Below are positions 1-8,789 of a stretch of DNA of 38,269 nucleotides, one piece after another. The stretch lies in NCBI GenBank assembly GCA_021800315.1, contig JAJYZD010000001.1:1-38269 (forward strand), written 5' to 3'. The position numbers and the translations under genes were made by a program. The notes under the pieces were generated by a model. The model had not been told where the DNA came from. It worked only from the letters and a program-made list of their open reading frames with translations, and ran no database searches. Within the stretch, counting starts at the first letter, position 1. Each line of letters starts with the position of its first letter. This DNA is from Bacillota bacterium (GTDB lineage Bacteria; Bacillota; Desulfotomaculia; Desulfotomaculales; JAJYZD01).

Positions 1-53
1 GGAACAGATGCTAAAGCTTTCCGGCTCAAAGCCGGAGGTATTAAATCTGGCGG
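1..53 (+). repeat. Hairpin repeat element, copy A (cut by left window edge)
   Basis: The sequence is GATGCTAAAGCTTTCCGGCTCAAAGCCGGAGGTATTAAATCTGGCGG. It is nearly identical to 16819-16866. It is related to 35157-35200, which has the same flanks (TGCTAAAGCT and AGGTAT) and a stem that differs by compensatory changes. Confidence 0.6.
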
Positions 54-554
54 TATGAAAAAAGGCTGGCCCATGTCCATGTGCCAGCCGGTGTCTATGG
101 GCACGACCTACAGACAGCCCGGGTAGAAATATGACCCGAAGGTCGGTTCTCCCGGTGCGAAATATACTCTTCCTTATGCTCTGAATGGCTGCGGCAACGC
201 CGGGAGTTCCTCCCCGGTTGCCGGCGCCAATACTCCAAGACGCCTCAGCGGCCTGGACAGGAACAGGGAAGTCGGGATCATGGTTGGCGGGGCCGCAATC
301 AACGGGGCGGTAAACCCGTTCCAATGGGACTGTACGGCGGTCGGGCATCAGACGGACTAACGGCGATTTCAGCGGTTGCGGTTATCGTTTCCACCTTTTT
401 CATCGTCCGGGAAACTGGTGCCCCGGTTTTCTTCCGGCGAGCCCGCCGGATATTTCTCCGATCTTCCGCTCTTTTGCCTGGTGATCCTTGAATAAGGGGT
501 AAGAGGGGGGTTCATAATATAGACAAGAAAAGTTTAACAAAAGGAGAAAAGCCC

Positions 555-938
555 ATGAAACTTGATAGATCCCGGTCTTCAATCGGTACGGTGGTGATGT
601 ATGTTATTGCATCGATTATAGGTCTGGTCGCGGTTGGCTTGCTGGTTGATAATATAATTATATTTAAAAACACTGTCGATCAGTACGTAGCACAAGGATA
701 TCCTTCCCCACAGGTCGTTCAGCAGTTAATGCAAAGTCAACTTCTTCCGGGACTGTTTGAAGCGATCGCTGTTTACGGTGGGATTTCTGTAATCATATTT
801 GGAATCGCCGCGATTAATCAAAAAATCTCAAGAGGCCTTGGGGTCGAAGTCGGTGCTATAGAAAACGGGAATAGGGAGCCCGCGGAAGATCCTGAACAGG
901 GAGACGATGGGGCGGACCAAGGAAACGGGCAGCCCTGA
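555..938 (+). CDS. Hypothetical small membrane protein (127 aa)
   Basis: The ATG is preceded by the RBS AAAGGAGAAAAG. There are two hydrophobic segments (VVMYVIASIIGLVAVGLLV and AIAVYGGISVIIFGIAAI) and an acidic Gly/Asp-rich tail. No family was recognised. Confidence 0.5.
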   Translation: MKLDRSRSSIGTVVMYVIASIIGLVAVGLLVDNIIIFKNTVDQYVAQGYPSPQVVQQLMQSQLLPGLFEAIAVYGGISVIIFGIAAINQKISRGLGVEVGAIENGNREPAEDPEQGDDGADQGNGQP

Positions 939-1167
939 TGGTTGCCGAATCAGGATTTCTTTCGACGGCCCTTCGCGTCCGGCCGCCGGAAGGACGGGAA
1001 TCGCCCGGTTTCGGTGTGCTACCGGCCCGGGAGGGATCGACGTGCAAACGTGTTTGGGGTGGTGGCGGGTATTCGTTCCCTTCGGGGCAAAAAAGCTAAC
1101 GGGTCCGGGGAGACAGGGTGTAGGACATGGATACGAAGGATGGTTGCATCTTTGTGGAGAAGAGGAG

Positions 1168-1197
1168 TTGACATCATAATTGCCCAGGTGGTAAGGT
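1168..1197 (+). promoter_or_regulatory. Putative sigma-A type promoter for the 1232 ORF
   Basis: TTGACA (1168-1173), an 18-nt spacer, then TAAGGT with an upstream TG. An AGGAGG RBS lies at 1218-1223, 8 nt before the ATG. Confidence 0.4.
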
Positions 1198-1231
1198 TAA
1201 TAGGAAATACTAATACCAGGAGGCAGGGTTT

Positions 1232-1552
1232 ATGGCATTCGAAACATACCTCCCCGCCAGGGGAAGCGGTAGAGACACAGGAGTTTCCAGGCCCAAGAGA
1301 GTTCCGGCAATCAGACTCTCTAAGAACAGTCTGGTGATCAATAAATGGGCAAGAGAGTTCTTTCGCGCCGCAAACATTGAGCTGGCCTATGACCGGGAGA
1401 CCAACACCATTCGGATAGGGCCCGGTGGAACCATGCGGCTTAATAATTCAAAAGTATATGCGAAAGGGTTTTACAAGGCTTTCGGAATCTCTTCGGTAGG
1501 CCTGTTCCCGGTTGAAGTCGAAAACGGCCATTTGTTTGCCAGGCTTTCGTAA
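1232..1552 (+). CDS. Hypothetical 106-aa protein, paralog of 3958..4272
   Basis: Strong RBS. My hand alignment gives 61 of about 104 identical positions to the second copy; shared blocks are MAFE, VP..RLSK.SLV.NKWAREF, IELAYD, TIRI, AKGF..AFGI and FPVEV..G.LFA. No family was recognised. Confidence 0.6.
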   Translation: MAFETYLPARGSGRDTGVSRPKRVPAIRLSKNSLVINKWAREFFRAANIELAYDRETNTIRIGPGGTMRLNNSKVYAKGFYKAFGISSVGLFPVEVENGHLFARLS

Positions 1553-1816
1553 AAGCCATATACCTTTCCGGGGCGGGATCCTGTGACAATAGCGGCCTGC
1601 GGTCTCCATACCTCTTTTCACCGGCCCCAATAATCAGCGACGGCATGGAAGTGCTTCTTGGGCCGCCACGGCGGATCCGGATAGGTTTTTCCGTGTTTGC
1701 CGTATGCCTGATCGTTCGGCGATGGCAACCGTCGTCCGGTGATAGAACCGGTGTCGGCACGATTCGGGCCTGGTTGGCGGCGGCTTGGGTCTGGCGGCTC
1801 CGGGAACAACCGCCGC

Positions 1817-2953
1817 TCAGTCCTGGAGCAGTGTTTTGGCTTTTCTCAGGGCCTTCCGGCCGTATTTCCGTCTCAGTTCGTCCATGGTTCTGGATACCTG
1901 GCTGTCCCTGTCCCGTTGGTCATTGAACAGGGACAACTGCTCCAGTTTGGCGAAGTTGGAGGCCTGGACCCCGAGCAGTCGCCAGGGGGGCGCGCCACGG
2001 TGGCCCAGGAACAGGTCCCGGGCGACTTCGTAGATGCTGCCGTTGCCGTCCACGGGATGGGGTAGCGTCCTGGCCCGGGTGATGGTTCGGAAATCCCCGA
2101 ACCTGATCTTCACCGTGACCGTCCTGGCTTTGAGGTTCTCCCGGCGCAAATGCTGACCGACCTGCTCCGCCAAATCCAGGAGGACGGTGAGGGCTTGGTC
2201 CTGATCGCAGATATCCTTTTGAAAGGTGGTTTCCTCGCTGACGGAAACGGGTTCCCGGGCGGTCTGGAGGTTTCGGCGGTCGATGCCGTTGGCGTACTGG
2301 TGCAGCATGGCCCCAAACTTGCCGAACTTCCTGGTCAACAGAGTCTCGGGGTACCTGGCCAGTTGCCCGATGGTATGTACCGCCAGGCGGCGGAGTTTCT
2401 CCTCCGTCTGCGGCCCTACGCCGGGCAGCGACTTCACCGGCAGGGGCCAAACCACGAGCGGCACGTCCTCCGTCCTGATTTCCTTCACCCCGTCCGGCTT
2501 GGCCAGTTCGCAGGCCATTTTGGCCAGCAGCTTATTCACGGCAACGCCCACCGTAACCGGCAGGGACAGTTCTTCCCGCACGGCCAGATGGATCGCCGCG
2601 GCGGTCTGTCGTCCCTTATCCGCCGGTACGCCCAGGTAGGCCTCGTCTATTGACGCCGGTTCCAGGTCCGGGGTGAACCGGCCGTAGATGGCCGAGACTT
2701 GCCGGGAAACCTCCTGGTATCTCGCCATGTCAACCGGGAGAAAGACGGCGTGGGGGCAAAGTCTAACCGCCGTGGCCATGGGCATGGCCGACCGGACGCC
2801 AAAAAGCCGGGCTTCGTAGGAGCAGGTGGAGACCACGCCGCGGTCGGAGGGCTTGCCGCCGACGATCACGGGTCGCCCGCGGTACTCGGGGTGGTCCCGC
2901 TGCTCCACCGAGGCGAAGAAGGCATCCAGGTCGCAAAGCAAAATGTCGCGCAT
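1817..2953 (-). CDS. dinB: DNA polymerase IV (Y-family translesion polymerase)
   Basis: The N-terminus MRDILLCDLDAFFASVEQ matches the DinB signature, and IDEAYL, SVSEETTF and little-finger-like C-terminal motifs are present. The maximal ORF starts at GTG 2962, but ATG 2953 fits the family N-terminus better. Confidence 0.95.
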   Translation of the reverse strand: MRDILLCDLDAFFASVEQRDHPEYRGRPVIVGGKPSDRGVVSTCSYEARLFGVRSAMPMATAVRLCPHAVFLPVDMARYQEVSRQVSAIYGRFTPDLEPASIDEAYLGVPADKGRQTAAAIHLAVREELSLPVTVGVAVNKLLAKMACELAKPDGVKEIRTEDVPLVVWPLPVKSLPGVGPQTEEKLRRLAVHTIGQLARYPETLLTRKFGKFGAMLHQYANGIDRRNLQTAREPVSVSEETTFQKDICDQDQALTVLLDLAEQVGQHLRRENLKARTVTVKIRFGDFRTITRARTLPHPVDGNGSIYEVARDLFLGHRGAPPWRLLGVQASNFAKLEQLSLFNDQRDRDSQVSRTMDELRRKYGRKALRKAKTLLQD

Positions 2954-3897
2954 CGGTCCCACCCCGAAGAAACTTCCACCCGTAGGTTTCTCTCTTGGAC
3001 CGAGGTTTCCTCCTGGTGGACGGCCGCCTTATTCCAGCGCCTTCCGGCATCTGCGGCAGAGGGGCTCCAACGAAATTCCGCAGGACGGACCCGATATTCC
3101 GGCGCCGACAATGGCCACTTTCAAAATGTCAGTCACCCGTGGAATATATGATCCCTCCGGCCATCGGCATCATTCGGCCGGGCTGATTTTCCCTGCTGCT
3201 CCGGAATGTCGCGCGCGGTACACTGTCCAGTTGCTCTTTCGTTCGGACCCCCGACACCGATGCTGTTTTGAACTACCAGGAGGTCCTTGGTTTTCCCGTC
3301 CCAAATACGCATGAAGACCGGCAAAAGTGGCGCAAGGGAGAAATCGGGATTGTCTGGTCCGGGGGCGGACAAAGATGGCCGCGATCTTTGAGCGCTTGCA
3401 CCGGCAAGCCGGGTGTTGCGGCAGGGCAGTGATCGATCCCCGCCTGACAAGCCTTTGCGTTCCTGGAAAGCAGGTATGAACAAAAAGAAAAGGCCGGCCG
3501 TGGCCGGGTACATTGCAGGCTGGGCCAGGTACGCGGTTTTGACGACCCGTACTGCGTCCAGGTTTCCAGCCCCGTATCACCACCTCCTCGAATAATGGGG
3601 GCGAATAAACGGTTAAGGGGATAATTCGCCTTATATCCCATGCCCGCGGGGTTCAAGAATATTTTCCACACTGGGACGTTTGGATGCCGGTAACGCACCT
3701 GTCGTCAACTTTGATCCGGTCGTTCAGGTCCTCTGATGGCAGCCGTCTAAGCGCTACCTGTCTAAAGCAGGGGGTTCCGGGGGGCCCACTGAAGACGGTT
3801 ACGGAAAATCGAGCGGGGTTCTCTAATGGGGGGGGCCGGAAAGAGGATAGACTTCGAAAAATTATATCAAAATTTCTGTAAATCACCGCTGGTAACC

Positions 3898-3926
3898 TTG
3901 ACAGTTCGAAAAGTTGATGGTAGAAT
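3898..3926 (+). promoter_or_regulatory. Near-consensus sigma-A promoter for the 3958 ORF
   Basis: TTGACA (3898-3903), a 17-nt spacer, then TAGAAT (3921-3926) with an extended -10 TG. The RBS AAGAGGAGG follows. Confidence 0.6.
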
Positions 3927-3957
3927 CGAATTAATTTTACAAGAGGAGGTCGTTTCT

Positions 3958-4272
3958 ATGGCATTTGAGATTTACACACCACGCCGGGGAGGCGGGAAGA
4001 CCGCTACGAGGGCCAAGAAGGTTCCCGTCGTCAGGCTGTCAAAGACCAGCCTGGTTCTCAACAAGTGGGCCAGGGAGGCCTTGGGGTCCAGCACAATTGA
4101 ACTGGCCTATGACGCGGATACCAAGACAATCAGGATAGCCCCCAACGGGAGTATCCCTTTGAAAAAGACCAAGGTATTTGCAAAGGGATTTTTCAATGCC
4201 TTCGGTATCAAAATGAATGGCAGCTTCCCGGTCGAAGTGAAAGACGGGTATCTCTTCGCCAAGATTTCTTAA
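3958..4272 (+). CDS. Hypothetical 104-aa protein, paralog of 1232..1552
   Basis: This internal ATG of the 3826 ORF is preceded by AAGAGGAGG. The sequence is colinear with the first paralog from MAFE to the C-terminus. A terminator follows. Confidence 0.65.
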   Translation: MAFEIYTPRRGGGKTATRAKKVPVVRLSKTSLVLNKWAREALGSSTIELAYDADTKTIRIAPNGSIPLKKTKVFAKGFFNAFGIKMNGSFPVEVKDGYLFAKIS

Positions 4273-4296
4273 CGACCAGCCGTTCACGTGCGGTTT

Positions 4297-4331
4297 AAGG
4301 CCCCTGGGCAAAAGCAGGGGTCTTGTTTTTT
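4297..4331 (+). terminator. Rho-independent terminator
   Basis: CCCCTG-ggcaaaag-CAGGGG, with the stem extended by flanking pairs, followed by TCTTGTTTTTT. Confidence 0.65.
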
Positions 4332-4663
4332 CTGAGAGAAAAAGAACTCTGGGAATTATTGTCTGACAATCCACCCTGCCTTTGTGGGTTCAAGTGACCT
4401 ACGGGTATGTTGCCGCTCCTCCCCGTGCCTAAAGGCGCCGCCCGGCGCGATGGCTCACCTCTCCGTCTGCCGGGAGCGGATCGGCCTGGGACTGGGAGCG
4501 GTGCGGGTTCGTCCAGACCTGCGGGCCGGGCAAAGTAGGACCATGGTCCTATTGTCTGCGTCCAGGGGAGCTACTAAAATAGAGGAAGAACGGTATCCGG
4601 CATGTGGCAGGGATCGTCCTGTTCATCGCTGTCAACTATTAATGACGTACGGGGGAACTGAAG

Positions 4664-4864
4664 GTGGCCATAAAAATCAGGTATGATCTTACCAGTCCCG
4701 AGGTGGCTGTGGCTATGTTCAGAGATTGGTGTCTGAAGATGGATATTATTCCGGAACACGCTTCCATCGAAATTTTGGACCGGTTTGGCAAATTTTTGAG
4801 CGGGGAAGGATATACTTCCGACGAGATTCAGGACTGCAAAGTAGTAGTTTTTGCTAATTTGTAA
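4664..4864 (+). CDS. Hypothetical small protein (66 aa)
   Basis: GTG start with GGGGGA about 7 nt upstream. The composition is protein-like but no family was recognised. Confidence 0.35.
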   Translation: MAIKIRYDLTSPEVAVAMFRDWCLKMDIIPEHASIEILDRFGKFLSGEGYTSDEIQDCKVVVFANL

Positions 4865-5106
4865 TCTCCGGTAAACTGGTTTGCCGGTTCAAAAAAAGGC
4901 TTTCTTGCTACTCCCTCTGGGTGGAAACGACGGGGACGGGATATGAAGGAGCGTATGCCCTCCGTGAACGGAGGGGGCTTCGAGCCGGTTGGGTTAAATT
5001 CCGGTAGTTCTCGCCGGGCCCGCCCGGAGGGATGGCGGAACGGGGTAGTACCAAGTCAAAATCGACCGGGGGCCGGAGGGAGCGTGAGGGTCCCTCCGCC
5101 GGCGGC

Positions 5107-5136
5107 GGAAAAAAGGCGGGCCGTACGGTCCGCCTT
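5107..5136 (-). terminator. Rho-independent terminator after sdhB
   Basis: On the minus strand, AAGGCGGaccgtacggcCCGCCTT is followed by TTTTTT. It lies about 20 nt after the sdhB stop. Confidence 0.65.
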
Positions 5137-5156
5137 CCGGATTTCCCGTTTTTTGT

Positions 5157-5945
5157 TCACGAAGCGCTACGGCCGGCCCGGTGGTGCTGCGGCTCGCCCG
5201 TCCGGCCGGTGCCCTTCCACCCGCCCAGGCCGAAGGCGGCCATCTTGCGCCGCACGTAGGCGAGCTGGTACTGCAGGGGTATCTCCATGGGACAGTTGTT
5301 GTCGCAGGCCATGAGACCCATGCAACCGAAAGTACCCTCGTCGCAGCCGATGACGTCGAAGTACTGGCCGGGCGTCCGCTCATCCCGGGGATCGACCATG
5401 AAGCGGGCCACCCGGTTGATGGTGGCGGCGCCCATGAAGTCGTCGCGGATGTTGGCCGTGGCGCAGCCCGCGATGCAGCAGCCGCATTCGATGCAGCGCT
5501 CCGGTTCGTAGATCCTGAGCGCTGTTTCGTTGTCCATGCGCTCCTCTACGGCCGTGGGGTCGAACTTGGCGCTGGTGTGGATCCAGGCTTCCGTCTTCAG
5601 GGAGATGTGGCGGAACCAGGTGCCGGTATCCACCGACAGGTCCCCGATCAGCTTGAAGACCGGCAGCGGCAGGAGTGTTATCTCCTTCGGCAGCCCTTTG
5701 GTCAGGGTCTTGCAGGCCAGCCGCGGCTTGCCGTTGATGATCATGGCGCAGGAGCCGCAGATGGCGGCCCGGCAGACGAAATCAAAGACCAGGGTGCGGT
5801 CCAACTCCTCGCGAATGCGGTTTAACACGGTGAACATGGTCAGACCGGGGAGTTCCTCGAAAGGATAGCTGGCCATGGAGGGCTTCTTTTCCGGTTCGGC
5901 CGGATTGTAGCGGAATATGTTGATCTTAAGGTTGCGGTTTGCCAT
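5157..5945 (-). CDS. sdhB: Succinate dehydrogenase / fumarate reductase iron-sulfur subunit
   Basis: The 2Fe-2S motif is CRAAICGSCAMIINGKPRLAC. The 4Fe-4S and 3Fe-4S motifs are CIECGCCIAGC and CMGLMACDNNCP. Confidence 0.93.
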   Translation of the reverse strand: MANRNLKINIFRYNPAEPEKKPSMASYPFEELPGLTMFTVLNRIREELDRTLVFDFVCRAAICGSCAMIINGKPRLACKTLTKGLPKEITLLPLPVFKLIGDLSVDTGTWFRHISLKTEAWIHTSAKFDPTAVEERMDNETALRIYEPERCIECGCCIAGCATANIRDDFMGAATINRVARFMVDPRDERTPGQYFDVIGCDEGTFGCMGLMACDNNCPMEIPLQYQLAYVRRKMAAFGLGGWKGTGRTGEPQHHRAGRSAS

Positions 5946-6011
5946 AAGCGGGCGGCCGGTTTAAGGGACCGGCCCAATCCACCTCCCGTAAGTGTTGTCT
6001 CTTGGCCCGCC

Positions 6012-7826
6012 TCAGACCTTGGGCGTGGATGACTCGCCGTAACCGCGGTCGCCCGGCGGCAGGCTGGTTATCTTGACCGGCTCGTATTCCAGTCTGGGCG
6101 CCAGGCAGCCCGGGTCCCAGTAGGCCAGGGTGCGCTTGAGCCAGTTCGCGTCGTCCCGCTTGGGGAAATCCTCCCGGGCATGGCTGCCGCGGCTCTCGGT
6201 GCGGGCCAGGGCACCGACGGCGATGCAGAGTGCCAGGCGGATCATGCCGGGCAGGCGCAGACAGGCGGTCATCTCAGGGTTGGCGCCCACGGCCGGGGCG
6301 TGCAGCCCCAGGTGGGCCGAGCGCTCGTAGAGGGCGGTGAGCTGGTCGACCGCCTTTTGTAATCCCTCTCCGGTGCGGAAGATGCCCACGTAGTTCATCA
6401 ATACTTCGCCCATTTCGTTTTTCAGGGCGAAGACGTTCTCCTTGCCGTCCCGGCAGGAGGCCAGGGCCGCGATGCGCTCTTCCTGGGTCCGGACGGCGTC
6501 CTTGACCAACGGGTAGGCCCAGTCCAGGTCGGCGCCCAGGGCGTAGTCGGCGATCTTCTCGCCCACCACCATGCCGGCCACGATGGTTTCGGCCAGGGAG
6601 TTGCCGCCCAGACGGTTGAAGCCGTGCAGGTCCCAGCAGGCCGCTTCGCCAACGGCGAAAAGGCCTTTCAGGCCGTAGGCGCGGCCGTCGATGTCGGTCC
6701 TGACTCCTCCCATGGAGTAATGCTGCGTGGGCCGGACCGGTATGAGGTCCCGGACGGGGTCGATGCCGTTGAAGTTCTTGCAGATGTTGGCGATCTCCCG
6801 CAGGTTGGTGTTGATGTGCTTGGCGCCCAGGTGGCGGATGTCCAGCCAGAGGTGCGGCCCGTAAGGGCTGTCCACGCCCAGGCCCTTGCGCATGTGCTGA
6901 ACCATGCGGCGGCTGACCACGTCCCGGGAGGCCAGTTCCTTTTTATTCGGCTCGTAGTCGGGCATGAAGCGGTACAGGTTCTTGTCCAGCAGGTAGCCGC
7001 CGTCGCCCCTGGCTCCCTCGGTGATCAGGATCCAGACGGGCACCATGCCGGTGGGGTGAAACTGTACGGCCTCCATGTTGCCCAGGGGTACGACGCCGGT
7101 GTCCAGTGCCAGGGACATGCCCGTGCCCTCGTTGATCACGGCGTTGGTCGAGGCTGTGTAGAGACGGCCGTAGCCGCCGGAGGCGATAACCGTGGCCCGG
7201 GCCAGGTAGACTCTGAGGCCGCCGGTGCGCAGGCAGCGGACGACGACGCCCAGGCATTTGCCGCCGTCGTGAATGAGGGCGATGGCTTCGGTGCGGTCGT
7301 GGACGGTGATGCCTTGGGCGATGACGATGGAATCCATGGTATACTGCAGGGTGTGGCCGGTCCCGTCCGAAGTGTAGCACGTGCGCCACTTGGCCGTGCC
7401 GCCGAAGTCGCGGGCGGTGATCAGCCCCTCGAACTCCTTTTTGTCCTCGATGACCCGCCCGTCCGGCAGGGTCTTCCGGCCGGCCGTAACGCGGTTCCAG
7501 GGGACTCCCCAGTAGGACATCTGGCGCACGGCGATGGGGACGGCTTCCACGAAGAGCCGGGCCACTTCCTGGTCGCAGCCCCAGTCGGAACCCTTGACCG
7601 TATCCTGGAAGTGAATGTCCGGATTGTCTCCCTGCCCCATGGCGGAATTGCCCAGGGAAGCCTGCATACCGCCCTGGGCGGCCGTGCTATGGGAGCGCCG
7701 GGGCGGGACCATGCTGAGGATGGTCACCCCGAGGCCCCGCTCCCGCGCCGCCACGGCCGCGCGTTCGCCGGCCAGACCGGCGCCGATGATCAGTACGTCG
7801 GTGATGATAGTGTCCTGAAGGTTCAA
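6012..7826 (-). CDS. sdhA: Succinate dehydrogenase / fumarate reductase flavoprotein subunit
   Basis: The FAD fold is DVLIIGAGLAGERAA. SHSTAAQGG contains the covalent-FAD His region, and the HPTG and RTESRGSHAREDFP motifs are present. Confidence 0.95.
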   Translation of the reverse strand: MNLQDTIITDVLIIGAGLAGERAAVAARERGLGVTILSMVPPRRSHSTAAQGGMQASLGNSAMGQGDNPDIHFQDTVKGSDWGCDQEVARLFVEAVPIAVRQMSYWGVPWNRVTAGRKTLPDGRVIEDKKEFEGLITARDFGGTAKWRTCYTSDGTGHTLQYTMDSIVIAQGITVHDRTEAIALIHDGGKCLGVVVRCLRTGGLRVYLARATVIASGGYGRLYTASTNAVINEGTGMSLALDTGVVPLGNMEAVQFHPTGMVPVWILITEGARGDGGYLLDKNLYRFMPDYEPNKKELASRDVVSRRMVQHMRKGLGVDSPYGPHLWLDIRHLGAKHINTNLREIANICKNFNGIDPVRDLIPVRPTQHYSMGGVRTDIDGRAYGLKGLFAVGEAACWDLHGFNRLGGNSLAETIVAGMVVGEKIADYALGADLDWAYPLVKDAVRTQEERIAALASCRDGKENVFALKNEMGEVLMNYVGIFRTGEGLQKAVDQLTALYERSAHLGLHAPAVGANPEMTACLRLPGMIRLALCIAVGALARTESRGSHAREDFPKRDDANWLKRTLAYWDPGCLAPRLEYEPVKITSLPPGDRGYGESSTPKV

Positions 7827-8461
7827 ACCACCCTCACCCCCAAACGCAGGAAGACCCAGAGGGCACCCAGCCCCATGACGACGATAAGGACGGTGATGGT
7901 TTCAATGACGTGGAAAACGCTTTGGCGCTTGAACCAGCCCCACTTGACGAACAGCCGGTACAGTCCGGTGCCGGCGTGGAATTCCCCCACGAACAGCAGG
8001 ACGAGGTAGAGCCACAAATAGCGCTGCACGCGCAGGGCGCTGAAGACGGCGCTGATCGGCCAGTTCTCGATGACCACCCACATGTGGATGCTGGCCAGGA
8101 CCAGGATGGCCATGCCGGTGACGGCCTGGAAGACCCAGGTCCAGGTGTCGCGCTCGCCCAGCATGGAGGCGTGGCGCCACATGATCTTCTGTTCCTGGAA
8201 ACGGGTGGGGATGCGCCTTCCGGCGATGACCAGGTGGGAAAAGAAGATTACAATGATGAACGGGATGCCGATGTACGAGAGGTAATACCGGTCTAAGCCG
8301 GCGGCCAGGGCGTTGAAGAGGTTCGGGTTGATGATGATGGTTCCCACGAAGATCATGTGGGTCCACAAGAATCCGACCAGCAAAAGGCCGCTGACCAACT
8401 CCGCCATATCCAGGAACAGCTCCATGCGCTGGTTCCGGGCAATGGACCTTTGGACTTGCAA
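7823..8461 (-). CDS. sdhC: Succinate dehydrogenase cytochrome b subunit (five-helix, di-heme type)
   Basis: Five hydrophobic helices are present, four of them carrying a His (WTHM, FSHL, SIHMW, EFHAG). The TTG start follows AAGGAGGG, and the gene overlaps the sdhA start by 4 nt. Confidence 0.8.
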   Translation of the reverse strand: MQVQRSIARNQRMELFLDMAELVSGLLLVGFLWTHMIFVGTIIINPNLFNALAAGLDRYYLSYIGIPFIIVIFFSHLVIAGRRIPTRFQEQKIMWRHASMLGERDTWTWVFQAVTGMAILVLASIHMWVVIENWPISAVFSALRVQRYLWLYLVLLFVGEFHAGTGLYRLFVKWGWFKRQSVFHVIETITVLIVVMGLGALWVFLRLGVRVV

Positions 8462-8704
8462 GTTTTTCCCTCCTTGTTATGAAATGGCCCATCAAAAACC
8501 CCATGTTAGCCTGCGCCGTATGACGGCAAAACATATCTACCCCCTTGGCGTGAGTGTAAAGGGGAGAACGCCCGGTTGGGCGGGCGGGGTTTCCAGCGCC
8601 GTTGCCGAAAGCGGGTACGTTGCGCGGCGGGGTCCGGCCTCCTGCCCTTTACGGGAGGCGGTGCCCCTGTCCCGCCGGTACCGGGGCCGGCGCAAGAGCC
8701 CGGG

Positions 8705-8733
8705 AAAAAACCGCCGGATGGTCCCACCGGCGG
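8705..8733 (-). terminator. Intrinsic terminator-like hairpin in the sdhC upstream region
   Basis: On the minus strand, CCGCCGGtgggaccatCCGGCGG is followed directly by TTTTTTC. It lies about 50 nt downstream of the promoter at 8790-8818 and about 245 nt upstream of the sdhC start. Confidence 0.55.
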
Positions 8734-8789
8734 AAAATGGGCTGGGGGAATGACCGTGGAAAAGATGGAAACGGTCGGCCACTGCCTAT

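Noticed and set aside
55-360. An ATG-initiated reading frame that stays open to 360 if the TAG at 124-126 is read through, raising the possibility of pyrrolysine.
   Set aside because: There is no usable RBS spacing, no similarity to methylamine methyltransferases or any known Pyl protein, and no pyl genes in the window. The first 50 nt belong to a repeat element found in non-coding contexts.
2954-3100. A LexA (Cheo) box was sought upstream of dinB and of the flanking paralogs.
   Set aside because: No GAAC-N4-GTTC type site is present. Only an AGAAAC-N12-GTTTCT inverted repeat over the RBS region was found, and it does not match the Firmicute SOS box.
4340-4400. A GGGTTCAAGTGACC string resembling a tRNA T-loop.
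   Set aside because: The flanking bases cannot form a T stem, an acceptor stem or an anticodon arm, so there is no cloverleaf.
4980-5070. Cobalamin-riboswitch-like strings (GGTTAAATTCCGG and AAGTCAAAATCGACC).
   Set aside because: The B12 box and the GCCACTG core are not actually present. There is no downstream plus-strand gene to regulate, because the region faces the 3' end of sdhB.
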